Shown here one piece after another: positions 40,064 through 52,942 of a DNA stretch of 64,000 nt. Origin of the DNA: Haliotis rubra (Eukaryota); NCBI RefSeq assembly GCF_003918875.1, contig NW_025767423.1:186001-250000 (forward strand). Reading direction: 5' to 3'. The number at the start of each line of letters is the position of its first letter. The first letter of the stretch is position 1. The position numbers and the translations under genes were made by a program. The notes under the pieces were generated by a model, which searched no databases, was not told the DNA's origin, and was given only the letters and a program-made list of their open reading frames with translations.

Positions 40064-40575
40064 ATGTTAAACGTAATGTTAAAAAGAGTTTTGTTCTTAG
40101 TTGTGGCGGTATTCGTCATTACTGTTTGGTTAACGTGTCATGTTTTTAGCAAAACACGTGTAAAACCTGTCAGTTTTCTGAAAACAAGCACTTCTGCCTT
40201 TAAGGTGATTTATCCCACAGACGACGATGCTTGTAACAGGGGACTATCATCGGAGCACTTTTCACGTAAAGACATTATCCATAGCTACAACGTTAGCTCC
40301 AACGGAAGTGACGTCATTGTCTTTGTGAGAATTCAGAAGACTGGAAGTACGACATTTGCAAGGCATATGACAGATGATCTAGACGTCACACCGTGGTGCC
40401 GATGTGACGGTGAAGTTAAAACTAAATGTGCGTGTTATCAAGCGTGGAAATCGAATGTTTTGTTTAAACAAGAGATGTATGAGCATCCATGTCACGTCCA
40501 CGCCGACTGGACCCATCTACATGCCTGTGTTGAAAACGCCATGAACAGACGTAGTGGTCGGAAGATCAAACGAAG
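40064..40575 (+). CDS. HS6ST: Heparan sulfate 6-O-sulfotransferase-like, coding exon 1
   Basis: N-terminal signal anchor (VLFLVVAVFVITVWL), 5'-PSB-like DVIVFVRIQKTGSTTF, Cys cluster, HADWT; AG|gtaag donor at the usual HS6ST intron position. Confidence 0.92.
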
Positions 40576-40796
40576 GTAAGATGTGATTTATTCATCAATA
40601 AATAAATAATAAACAGACTCAGAACATTTACTGTTAACCAGACACTTTCTGTGCTGTGGCCTTCGTGTCTACAAGAGCGTGTGGTTTACCCTGTTATTAG
40701 CTCTGATAATGATTCTTGGTTTGTTAATAACACACCCTTGTGTTTCAAGCCGAAAACATTACTCAAAATCTTAATCACCTCTGGCTTTCCCATACA

Positions 40797-43490
40797 GCAG
40801 ACACGCCACCACAAAACTTAAGGACTAAGTCACTAACTCTATACTACAGTCTGTGATCGTCTACCAGCATCATTGGGTGCAGACACGCCACCACAAAACT
40901 AAAGGACTAAGTCACTAACTCTATACTACAGTCTGTGATCGTCTACCAGCATCATTGGGTGCAGACACGCCACCACAAAACTAAAGGACTAAGTCACTAA
41001 CTCTATACTACAGTCTGTGATCGTCTACCAGCATCATTGGGTGCAGAAACGCCACCACAAAACTAAAGGACTAAGTCACTAACTCTATAACAGTCTGATC
41101 GTCTAGCATCATTGGGTGCAACGCCACCACAAAACTAAAGGTGACTAACTCTATACTACAGTCTGTGATCGTCTACCAGCATCATTGGGTGCAGACACGC
41201 CACCACAAAACTAAAGGACTAAGTCACTAACTCTATACTACAGTCTGTGATCGTCTACCAGCATCATTGGGTGCAGAAACGCCACCACAAAACTAAAGGA
41301 CTAAGTCACTAACTCTATACTACAGTCTGTGATCGTCTACCAGCATCATTGGGTGAAGACACGCCACCACAAAACTAAAGGACTAAGTCACTAACTCTAT
41401 ACTACAGTCTGTGATCGTCTACCAGCATCATTGGGTGCAGACACGCCACCACAAAACTAAAGGACTAAGTCACTAACTCTATACTACAGTCTGTGATCGT
41501 CTACCAGCATCATTGGGTGCAGACACGCCACCACAAAACTAAAGGACTAAGTCACTAACTCTATACTACAGTCTGTGATCGTCTACCAGCATCATTGGGT
41601 GCAGACACGCCACCACAAAACTTAAGGATTTAGTCACTAACTCTATACTACAGTCTGTGATCGTCTACCAGCATCATTGGGTGAAGACACGCCACCACAA
41701 AACTAAAGGACTAAGTCACTAACTCTATACTACAGTCTGTGATCGTCTACCAGCATCATTGGGTGCAGACACGCCACCACAAAACTAAAGGATTTAAGTC
41801 ACTAACTCTAAACTACAATCTGTGATCGTCTACCAGCATCATTGGGTGCAGACACGCCACCACAAAACTAAAGGACTAAGTCACTAACTCTATACTACAG
41901 TCTGTGATCGTCTACCAGCATCATTGGGTGCAGACACGCCACCACAAAACTAAAGGACTAAGTCACTAACTCTATACTACAGTCTGTGATCGTCTACCAG
42001 CATCATTGGGTGCAGACACGCCACCACAAAACTTAAGGATTTAGTCACTAACTCTATACTACAGTCTGTGATCGTCTACCAGCATCATTGGGTGCAGACA
42101 CGCCACCACAAAACTAAAGGACTAAGTCACTAACTCTATACTACAGTCTGTGATCGTCTACCAGCATCATTGGGTGAAGACACGCCACCACAAAACTAAA
42201 GGACTAAGTCACTAACTCTATACTACAGTCTGTGATCGTCTACCAGCATCATTGGGTGAAGACACGCCACCACAAAACTTAAGGATTTAGTCACTAACTC
42301 TATACTACAGTCTGTGATCGTCTACCAGCATCATTGGGTGAAGACACGCCACCACAAAACTTAAGGATTTAGTCACTAACTCTATACTACAGTCTGTGAT
42401 CGTCTACCAGCATCATTGGGTGCAGACACGCCACCACAAAACTTAAGGATTTAGTCACTAACTCTATACTACAGTCTGTGATCGTCTACCAGCATCATTG
42501 GGTGAAGACACGCCACCACAAAACTTAAGGATTTAGTCACTAACTCTATACTACAGTCTGTGATCGTCTACCAGCATCATTGGGTGAAGACACGCCACCA
42601 CAAAACTTAAGGATTTAGTCACTAACTCTATACTACAGTCTGTGATCGTGTACCAGCATCATTGGGTGAAGACACGCCACCACAAAACTTAAGGATTTAG
42701 TCACTAACTCTATACTACAGTCTGTGATCGTGTACCAGCATCATTGGGTGAAGACACGCCACCACAAAACTTAAGGATTTAGTCACTAACTCTATACTAC
42801 AAGTCTGTGATCGTCTACCAGCATCATTGGGTGAAGACACGCCACCACAAAACTTAAGGATTTAGTCACTAACTCTATACTACAATCTGTGATCGTCTAC
42901 CAGCATCATTGGGTGAAGACACGCCACCACAAAACTTAAGGATTTAGTCACTAACTCTATACTACAATCTGTGATCGTGTACCAGCATCATTGGGTGAAG
43001 ACACGCCACCACAAAACTTAAGGATTTAGTCACTAACTCTATACTACAGTCTGTGATCGTGTACCAGCATCATTGGGTGAAGACACGCCACCACAAAACT
43101 TAAGGATTTAGTCACTAACTCTATACTACAGTCTGTGATCGTCTACCAGCATCATTGGGTGAAGACACGCCACCACAAAACTTAAGGATTTAGTCACTAA
43201 CTCTATACTACAGTCTGTGATCGTCTACCAGCATCATTGGGTGAAGACACGCCACCACAAAACTTAAGGATTTAGTCACTAACTCTATACTACAATCTGT
43301 GATCGTCTACCAGCATCATTGGGTGCAGACACGCCACCACAAAACTTAAGGATTTAGTCACTAACTCTATACTACAGTCTGTGATCGTCTACCAGCATCA
43401 TTGGGTGAAGACACGCCACCACAAAACTTAAGGATTTAGTCACTAACTCTATACTACAGTCTGTGATCGTCTACCAGCATCATTGGGTGC
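40797..43490. repeat. 82-bp minisatellite, ~33 copies, in HS6ST intron
   Basis: gcagacacgccaccacaaaactaaaggactaagtcactaactctatactacagtctgtgatcgtctaccagcatcattgggt repeated. Confidence 0.97.
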
Positions 43491-43606
43491 GGGTACATGG
43501 GTGTTAGAAGGGTCGTCTACCAGCATCATTGGGTGCGGGTACATGGGTGTTAGAAGGATCGTCTACCAGCATCATTGGGTGCGGGTACATGGGTGTTAGA
43601 AGGGTC
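43468..43606. repeat. ~46-bp repeat x3 sharing 21 bp with the 82-bp unit
   Basis: cgtctaccagcatcattgggtgcgggtacatgggtgttagaagg(g/a)t. Confidence 0.9.
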
Positions 43607-43945
43607 GACTCCTGGTTACTGTGCTCACGTGTCACGTTGAAAATCCGAGTTTGGGTTTCTTCATGAGTACAAATGGATGATTCCTTTCTCTGATAGCTGC
43701 GAATTAGCGGGTGGTTAGTGATAGCAGAATAACCCCTCACTCACTCACCCACACATACTCACTCACCCATGCTCAATATTTTTATTAATGATATTAATTT
43801 TTAGGATCCATCACCAAACATGCTCAAAGCACGACACGATATATGCAGGATATACACGATATATGCAGGATATACACCTATTCACCATTATTCACCACTA
43901 TTCACCACTACGGTGGAAACATACACAGTAAGGCCATCAGTAGAG

Positions 43946-44113
43946 GCGGAGGGGTAGCCTAGCAGTAAAGCGTTCGCTCGTCTCGCCGTAGACCCGGGTT
44001 CGATTCCCATTATGGGTACATTATGTGAGGTCCATTTCTGGTGTCCCCGCCGTGATATTGCTGCAATATTGCTAAAAAGCGGCGTAAAAACTATATTCAC
44101 CCACTCACTCACT
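43946..44113 (+). mobile_element. Short tRNA-derived SINE (family 2)
   Basis: homologous to 22622-22787; (cact)n tail; degenerate TSD catcagtagag / catcggaagag. Confidence 0.88.
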
Positions 44114-45448
44114 CATCGGAAGAGAACAGTAGGTCAAGGCTGACTAGTCATCATTGTTCGTTCTGAGGGGGCATGTCAACCGGCCGTCAGTCACATGTTT
44201 AAGATATGAAGAAAAGAGTATGAGCACAGATTAGAAGCAACTGAAACTTATTGAATCATGTATGTGTGCAGGTAGTTGACTCCAGAACTAGCCCCTGCTG
44301 TTACTGAATGAACCGTTTCAGTGGTTAGGCATACATACATTGCTCGGTATATAACTCCGCCATGGAGGCTGGTCCTGTTGACTGTACTGTACAGAGTAAA
44401 GAATCTTCAACTGGATGTGGGATGGCGGAGGGTGGAGTCATGGTTTGACGACGTGACGTATGTCACCTTGGATTTCATAAGACCATGCCGCTGGAGTATT
44501 TCGATTTATATATTCCTTTAGAAAGTATTAAGATTATACAAAAGGCTGGTGCTGAGCACAGGCCCTCGTTTCTTTGCGAGGATTAATGATTAAAAAAATA
44601 TTGTTTTTGAGATGACCCCCGACTCGGAGGCCGGACACTTCGGTGCACCACAACCGACTGCTTTGCCGATCGCTACGCTACCATCGCATGCAATCGATTA
44701 AAATTTAATGTAAACATAATCATGGATGATTGGCCTATCGAGCACCACTCATGACACCTACCAATTGACCCCCAACTAAACGATCTTGACAAAATTGGCT
44801 GACGATATATCCGCACAAAACGGGTGTGTGGTCGAAGCAAGCCCTCTGGTTGGTTGATGTTTGTTAAAGAGACATTTACAAATGATGCTTTCTTTTGAGC
44901 AGCCATTGCTGGAAAAAAATCGTACATTTCTTTCAAGTCAAGCAGTCGATGAAAGTAAAAATGCCCGAGAATGTATACAGAATGTGCAGATTTAGCAGCG
45001 TCATCTAAATTTTTTGTATATAAGTTATAAAATCTTTAATCCTCGCAAAGACACCAGGGCCTGTGGTGCTGAGTGCTGCAATCTTAGGCGTCAGTGCATC
45101 AAGCACTATATAGTATTATTGATGATAAGACGTACAGAGTTTCGTCCCTTTATCCATCTGGCGAGACAAATAGAGTTACGTCCCTTAGTTCACTCTTGCT
45201 CGAGTGACTGCCTCCTGTCTCGAGCGACGTGCGTTGTGTACGGTCGTGAAAGAAGTCGTTTGAGAAGACTTAGTGGCGAGGGAAGGACTTTAGGCATTAG
45301 TCCATGTGTTCGGCTAGTGACCAGTGAGCACCACACACAGACAGTCGCACTGCCACGTCCGTCTTGTCACCAGTTTAGGGCCAGTGATGTGCTTTACAAA
45401 TATAAATGTTATATTCGTATTTGTTTTACTGTGTTTTCTTAATTGCAG

Positions 45449-46073
45449 ACACCTGTATGTTACCATGCTGAGGCATCCGTTGCCACGTTACCTAAGCGAA
45501 TGGAATCACGTTTCAAGGGGTGCCACTTGGATTGTCCCTCTTCTGTGTAATGGTCGTTCCCCGACGACCGAGGAGCTCCCTAGGTGTTTCGATGTTGACT
45601 GGAAAAACGTGACCCTGCATGAGTTTATGGACTGTAAATCAAATTTGGCCGTAAACAGACAGACCCGGATGTTGGCAAACCTGAGCATTGTGGACTGCTA
45701 CAACACTTCCGCTTCCGGTTGGACTTATGACGAAAGACAGTACCGCATGCTGACAAGCGCAAAAGAAAATCTTAAGAATATGGCGTACTTTGGTTTAACC
45801 GAATATCAGGAACTGTCACAAATTCTTTTCGAGAATACGTTTAATTTAAGATTTACTGCTAAATTTAAGACAAAGCATACCTCATCTACATTCAGTCTTA
45901 CTGAGAACGATCGCAACAAAATCTTCTACATGAGCAGATTTGATGTAATGCTTTACGATTATGCCAAGGATATATTTTTTCAAAGGTTGAAATATCTTGC
46001 CGCGACATCGTCACAGCCACGTCTGAGCAGTCTACTTAGGGAACTTAGTAATTCAGGTGGTCCGGCTCGCTAA
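45449..46073 (+). CDS. HS6ST: Heparan sulfate 6-O-sulfotransferase-like, coding exon 2
   Basis: ttgcag acceptor phase 2; TMLRHPLPRYLSEW (3'-PB), RGATW, NLAVNRQTRMLA, FGLTEYQ, LYDYAKDIFFQR; total 378 aa. Confidence 0.95.
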
Positions 46074-48339
46074 TGTGCAGGTCTTTGTACCTTGATGGCC
46101 TTTATCACTGCTGGCAATCACTGGATTGTCTGGATCAAAATCCAAATTTAAAATTTAGACTAAGCAAATTGAATTACAACGCCCCTGTCTAGTTAGCATT
46201 TAACTTCATTTTGTTGTTATTTTCACAGGCGATGTTTGTCATTATTTCCTAATTACATCATCGACAGATGAAAATTCATACAAAAGATGTGTTTTTTTCT
46301 TGCATGTCCAATTTACAAAAGACACATTCTTATCATGACCAGACTCCAAGTCCTGTGCTGTAACTTAAAGGAATAGTCTCTGGAAACCTGCTTGGAAACA
46401 GGATGGTGCAGTAGGAATTAATCAATCAATTGAAATAAAGCAATATAACTTATAACGTATTATTGTATATAGTATAAGGTGTCCCATTATGATTTGAGGA
46501 TTATAGCATGTAATATTTGCATCATGTACTTATACATTTAAGTATTGGCATATTATAAAACCTTTGAAAGACGGCTGTCTGCCTGTGCATGAAAGTGTAT
46601 TTATAATAATATAGAATATATATATTATCTTTCATGCAGAGACAGACAGTCGTCTTTTACAGGTTATGAAAGTGCCAATTGTGATAAATCATAACTTTTA
46701 GAACCATTCTGCCTCAGACACATAGTCTCAACACGTAGTCTCAACGAGACTCATTCAACCCAGATGAATGGCTACCAAAATGCTAAATCCCTTCGTGACT
46801 TAACCTAAGTGATGGGTAGGCTCACAAACAGGCAGTTGAGTCTGACACAAAACATCGCTGGAACTGGCCACCTCGATGAGGTAATTAAAAGTATGATTTA
46901 TCTTACCTTCACATAAAACACTTTAATTTCATTGGTCATTGAGGCGTTAACAAGTTTCCGTGTAACCCTTCCGTATTACCCTCGAGAGAAGTATACAACT
47001 TATAATATATACGTCTATCTGCCCCTTGTGTACGTGTCGTGGTACCTGTGAAGGTTATTCACATGGCACCGACACTATCACCAGGAGTAATTATTATCTT
47101 TCATCTTTGTTACTCACCCTTGTAAATCTGGACTATGACATCAATCAGCTGTTGGAGGAAATGATGGACAACATCGACAGTGTTCCCAAATATTTATTTC
47201 ACAAGTCAAAAACGTACACACACATAGTACAGACACCAGATATGCTGGGAATTAAACTTTGCCCACAAAAGGCATGAGTACAATAATGAAATGTTTAATG
47301 AATATACGAACAAATAACATCTGCATAGAATCACCAACTCAACGATAAACGAAGCTATGAATTCAGACATGCTACAGGTGAGCGGAGGTCCAGCTCATCC
47401 TCCGAGCGTCAACTCTGAACGGCAGATCCTGTTCGTAAACGCTATTAGCAAATTGTCTTGTGACTGCCGAAATTTGTTTGTTCCCCCTATCGACACAACC
47501 GGTCGGAATATCAGACTAGAAGAAATAAAACAATATCCATGATTGCACACAGAACCCAAATAGCAATATAAAGTGCAAATAAATTAGACATCAGAAAAAA
47601 AACAATTGGCTAAATTCTCACACCGTGAAATACGTCTCTCCACTAAGAACGATATTATAGCCAACTTACAGGCACTGGTGTCCCTTGTTTAAAGTGTAGG
47701 TGTATTGGCCGATACAAATACACGATTTACGGTCTAGCGTATGTCTGTCATACACTTTACACTTTTACCCCGTGTGTCATCAGATCAGTACAAACACCCT
47801 GTTTTTACCTCACTCATACCAGCTTGTCAAAATACAAGAATCTGTATCGAAACGTTGCATTATCCGAATAACTAAGTTATTTATCCATAAAGTTTGTCCG
47901 TATCTGATTCACCAACTTCTAAACATGTCACTCAAAGAAGTTCCCCGTATGTAATGTTCTGATGTCGGCTTCCGGCGGAAGTGAGCGCTATCTCTACAGA
48001 CCACATAAAACAAGCACAGTACATGTGTACTAAACAATCAGGCGATATACTGGTACAAAATACGGACTAAGGTGCCCATAGAATATTCCACAAACATCAC
48101 AAATTTGACAGTTTACTCGTCGTTCAGATGGTAATTCACATGGATGAACTTCACTATTCCTTTGTTAATACTGCAGACTTAACGTTTCTATCTATCCTAA
48201 TCAATGTGTATTTAACTCGCTCCCCCATGTTATTGCAGTCCTAATGAATACAGTCCGTGGCACTGTACAAATACTTCCTCACACTTGCCTCTCAGTCCAA
48301 ATTCTGTTTTTCACTTGCTTCATAAAACCTACAGGGCCC

Positions 48340-48456
48340 AGATCGATGCTCATGCTGTTGATCACAGGATTGTCTGGTCTAGACACGATTATTCACAGAC
48401 AGCCGCCATATAGCTGGAATATTGCTGAGTGTGGCGTAAACTAAACTCACTCACTC
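48340..48456 (+). mobile_element. 5'-truncated SINE family 3
   Basis: agatcgatgctcatgctgttgatcac..gctggaatattgctgagtgtggcgtaaactaaactcactcactc. Confidence 0.85.
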
Positions 48457-48487
48457 ATTGACCTAATAGCGCCACCTCGGTGTAGAA

Positions 48488-48917
48488 GTGTACCTTGTCA
48501 TAACATGCCTGGGTGTACAGTGTATCAACATGCCTGGGTGTAGGAGTGTACCTTGTCTTAACATGCCTGGGTGTAGGAGTGTACCTTGTCTTAACATGCC
48601 TTGGTGTAGGAGCGTACCTTGTCTTAACATGCCTCGGTGTAGGAGTGTACCTTGTCTTAACATGCCTGGGTGTAGGAGTGTACCTTGTCTTGACATGCCT
48701 GGGTGTAGGAGCGTACCTTGTCTTGACATGCCTGGGTGTAGGAGTGTACCTTGTCTTGACATGCCTGGGTGTAGGAGTGTACCTTGTCTTGACATGCCTG
48801 GGTGTACAGTGTATCAACATGCCTGGGTGTACAGTGTATCAACATGCCTGGGTGTACAGTGTATCAACATGCCTGGGTGTACAGTGTATCAACATGCCTG
48901 GGTGTACAGTGTATCAG
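48488..48917. repeat. Compound minisatellite of 33-bp and 25-bp related units
   Basis: acatgcctgggtgtaggagtgtaccttgtctt(a/g) then acatgcctgggtgtacagtgtatca. Confidence 0.92.
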
Positions 48918-49715
48918 CGAGAACCTGAGGTAAATGCAACTCTGTCGGCAACTCTTCTTTTCCCACTTCCCTGAGCACAATCACCCGGCAGAAGACGATG
49001 AACAAGTGTCCCAGCGCCCAGTTAGCAGGAAGAGATTAGAGATCATTACCCATCCGGGCTAGGATACACAGGTGATTATTTTTGTGATAATCGCACATAT
49101 GCTTTTTGGTGATTCTAAACGTTGATTGGTCAGCTAAGCAGAGAAGAAATATGATTGGTTGACGGAACTACTTTTCATGATCCAAAAACAGAAAACATTT
49201 TCTAGATGTATTCGTGGGATGGTTGTCTTTTAGATTTCCTAACGTTCAACCGTCGACTTTCCCAGAAAATGACAGGTTTTTGCCAAAGTGTGTTTGAACA
49301 CTACACCGTCACTAGACACACGTCAGTCGTGAATGAACGATGTTCCTGCTTACTGACTTGATCAATTAACGTTCTAGCTGTTATTAAGTTCAATGATATT
49401 ACATGTAAACAACAAATAAACTTTGGGTTCTTTTGTACACTTTTAACTATTACATATGAAAGATTTGTGGTTAGTCTTATGCGGGACACCAAATTCTATC
49501 TTAAGAAATTTGTGGTTAATTAATACCGAGCGATTAAAAGTTGCTAAAAAGTCGCCTGCTTCACTCTCGCCCGCCAACGAAACCACAGACAGGTTACGTA
49601 ACTCTGTCGTTAGAGCACTGCAGTGACGTCATATGAGGAAGGATTTTCAGTTAGTTGTATAGAAAGTGTGTAGCAAGCTCGTCATTTTGATGATTTCACG
49701 ACATCAACGAAGACA

Positions 49716-49887
49716 TGCGGAATCGTTGTCGTCTATTGCTCCTAGGGGTTGGGCGATGGTGTCGCCATGCACAGATTTCCACAGGACCCCGCAGTTCGTG
49801 CTAAATGGGTTATGTTTGTGAGTGCGAAGTGACCGTTATGGAAGCCTGAAACGATATCTTACTTGTGTTCAGATCGCTTCACGGAAG
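49716..49887 (+). pseudogene. THAP zinc-finger domain remnant
   Basis: GVAMHRFPQDPAVRAKWVMFVSAK*PLWKPETISYLCSDRF matches the THAP pattern (FP..W..WxP..LCSxHF) with a stop, a frameshift and an H>R change. Confidence 0.75.
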
Positions 49888-49893
49888 TTAAAG

Positions 49894-50435
49894 AATCAAA
49901 ACTACTTACTAGTTGTAGTAAAATATGTATATGATTGAGGACCAGAAAGATTTTCCATGACACAACTTGTAACATAACGATTTCTTCCTCGGAAGTGAGG
50001 TTGTGGTCGAAGTAACAATAATATTGTAAGTGGTATTATATTGACACCCACCTCGCTGCCACGAGAGAAATTGTTATGTTATAAGCTATGTCATGCAAAA
50101 TCCTATTGGCCATCAATCAAATACATATTTTACTACCAGTAGAAAGTAGTTTTGATTTTGTAACTCGGTGAAAACAAACCTAAATAGCATTTATCCTCAG
50201 ACTGGCGGATGTTCGCGACAGGGAGCCGCCATTTTTGAAAATCGTAAAGTCACGGGCTAAAGTATGTTAGAATTAATGAGATTATGGTTTGTTTTCATCA
50301 AGTGAGAAAATCAAACCTACTTTCTACTCGTAGTTAAATATGTATTTGAATCATGACCAAAAGGATTATGCATGACACAACTTATAACATAACGATTTCT
50401 TCCACGGAAGCGAGGTGGGGGTCGAAGTCACAATA
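49894..50435. repeat. Three ~120-bp related segments in forward-reverse-forward order
   Basis: aatcaaaactact...acaacttgtaacataacgatttctt at 49894, inverted at ~50043-50158, forward again at ~50308. Confidence 0.8.
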
Positions 50436-52582
50436 CTGTGTGATAAATTTCTTAGCATTCACGTAGTTAACGTCCACTCACCAGTATGTAGATACTAGTC
50501 AATGTACGTCTTTATATTTTGTCTTATAATCCTAATTAGTTTATTATCATACTTGTATGCATTTTGAAACTAAATAAAAAGCAGACGATCTGCTGATACT
50601 TATAGTGAATTTATAACAGGGCTGACATTTTATAGTTTGCCAATGTGGATCATAAGTTCCACCAGGGAGACTATATAAGGGGGTGTTGTAGAGTATCCCT
50701 GGTTCCACACACGCCTTAGTGTATGTTGTCTGTCTCATTACACTTCACGGCGAAAACAATGATTAAATTAAAACAGATTAAAGTTATAGAAACAATGTCA
50801 GGCTATTACCTTGTTCGAGGAATGTATCCATCAATATCCACAAAAACGAGTGACATGCCATTCATCTGTAGCTGTTCCAAGTGATGTGTCTTTTAACAGT
50901 CTAATATACGAAAAGGTGACATATCGTTTCAGGTATTTCACATTGGTGTATAGTCTCATTGGTCACCCAAGATAGCACACCTGGCAACTAATTGCATAAT
51001 GTCCGCCTTTCTTTTAGTTAGCCAATAGTGAGCAATCAATCAATGTATTGGCGGTTAATGCTTTGAAAGAAGGACATTGTTTTTTCGCAGACACAGACAC
51101 GACAGAGTGTATTCAGTATAGATTAGTAAATCTACATACATAAACACTACCTTTTGACAAAATCCGCTGTGCAAGATAAAAGTAGTTAATCAATCAGCGT
51201 GTTATCGGTTAATCCTTTGATCGATGTTTATAATGTTGCGCATTTACTCCAGACACAAGAAATGCCAAATGGGAACCTTTGTCGGGTAATCTAAGTGGTG
51301 TTACCACTAATTATACTGTTATAATTTCATTAACTGACCATCAAGTGAATGATGACAAATAACATGTGTAGGTTTATACCACCTAACACGGGTTACAACA
51401 AGGGAGTATTAATTGCTGTATTGCATTCTATTTTAATTGTATGTGAAAACCTATGGGCCGACACTGTTTTGAGAATACAAACAGAACTCCATTGTTGCAT
51501 AAGAAATACATATAGGCATTTTCTGTGTGCTAGAACTGTATGTACCTATTTACCTAATTTTCAGATTCTTCTAGCAATGGCAAACTAGGGTCATTCAAAC
51601 ACATCAAATATCAATTTAATATATATTTTTACATGACATGATTAAATATCGAGGTAAAAAACACAGAAATGGGATCAATGTGGATCAGTCATTATACCAT
51701 CCAAACATTAGAAAACCTGAAAAAGCCCACACTGCTTTGATACTATATTTCAATCAGACAAGAACTACCGGGGATATTTTCAAATAACTGCATCTGATGG
51801 GCATCCACCCTCCTTAATGTCGCACTGTTTAGGTTGAAGAAATTAACCGTAACCGTGATGAGCGAGGCTGATCATCATTTTCACTATCACTAGCGTCTGG
51901 CTTGAACAAATATGGCCTAGCGACACCAAGCGATTTTGACAGAATCGTCTATGAAAACAAGTTGTAACTCGGAAACTAAGCAAAGCAGGAGACAAAATCA
52001 AATGACAGTAGATTGTGAGAACATATAGCTTTCATTTTTCACAACAGTTGTCACGATTTCAGGTTTATACAAACCTGTAAACAAGATAATTTACCCTCTG
52101 AAATGTACTTGAATTCTGCATCAGCCTTCAGAGCTATTCCTCATATGACGTCACAGAGACGCGCCGCTCTGTTTGGTTGAAATTTCGTTCGCGGGTGAGA
52201 ATTGTGCACTGTTGTCAAAAAGGCCGATTTTAAGTTAATTAAAGATCGAAATGAGTAGTTTTAATGACGGGGTTTCATTTATAATGATGCCAATTAGTGA
52301 TTTATGTATTTGTATCCCCTTAGAATATATATGATATTTAAAAGACCAGTTTTATCATATTAACAAATGTTGATAAATTATTCCATCATAAATATTTTGT
52401 TGTGTTTTAAAGCGATTTTACGAAATACCTTTTTTACATAGTGTAGTTACTGTTATTACCGCTGGAGAAGTTAGCTAGGTTTAATACGTGCATGAATACC
52501 AATCACCTGTTTGAGGTCACAAGTCTCCGGGTAGTTTTTATTTTATGGTTCTTCTTTTTCAATTACATTATGGGTAATAAAT

Positions 52583-52714
52583 AGAATAACAAACGAGGTA
52601 CGAGTGATTACGGGAAATATGCCCTCGTTAGAATAATAACAAGGCTCGGCACTGTGAACATTATTTCAACTCAGGCATATTTCCCGTAATCACTCGTACC
52701 CCGTTGATTATTCT
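52583..52714. repeat. Palindromic MITE-like element, ~55-bp arms
   Basis: gtacgagtgattacgggaaatatgcc is inverted as ggcatatttcccgtaatcactcgtac. Confidence 0.85.
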
Positions 52715-52855
52715 CTAATTATTCCGGTAACAGGTTACACAGCACATTGATGCTCAGATTCCCTTGATGCATCCCTCTCCCAGCTTCGGAGCCGCCGTTA
52801 CCAGACACCGCCGCTTGACCATCCTAACCCACCTTACAAAGGGCTGAGGGCTTTT

Positions 52856-52892
52856 CTACATTTCCCACAATGCATTCCCGGCGGCCATTTTG
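52856..52892 (+). promoter_or_regulatory. Candidate transposon promoter: ZNF143/Staf-like plus YY1-like motifs
   Basis: ctacatttcccacaatgca followed by gcggccattttg, 50-90 bp upstream of the THAP ATG. Confidence 0.45.
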
Positions 52893-52942
52893 GAAGGCTT
52901 TGTTTACGCAGCTCATCGTTGTTGATCATTCATCCAGAGATA

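Larger units (their letters stand above)
49565..52200. mobile_element. Decayed THAP-bearing DNA transposon (Kolobok-like?) delimited by subterminal inverted motifs
   Basis: gtgacgtcatatgaggaa (49623) inverted at 52137-52154; ctcgcccgccaacgaaa inverted at ~52183-52200; THAP remnant just inside the left end; true termini not resolved. Confidence 0.5.

Noticed and set aside
1581-44113. tRNA genes at 1581, 22622, 38225 and 43946
   Set aside because: A/B boxes continue into SINE bodies or are fragmentary; no complete cloverleaf is evident
48455-48974. Overlapping ORFs on both strands
   Set aside because: Artefact of the 33-bp repeat
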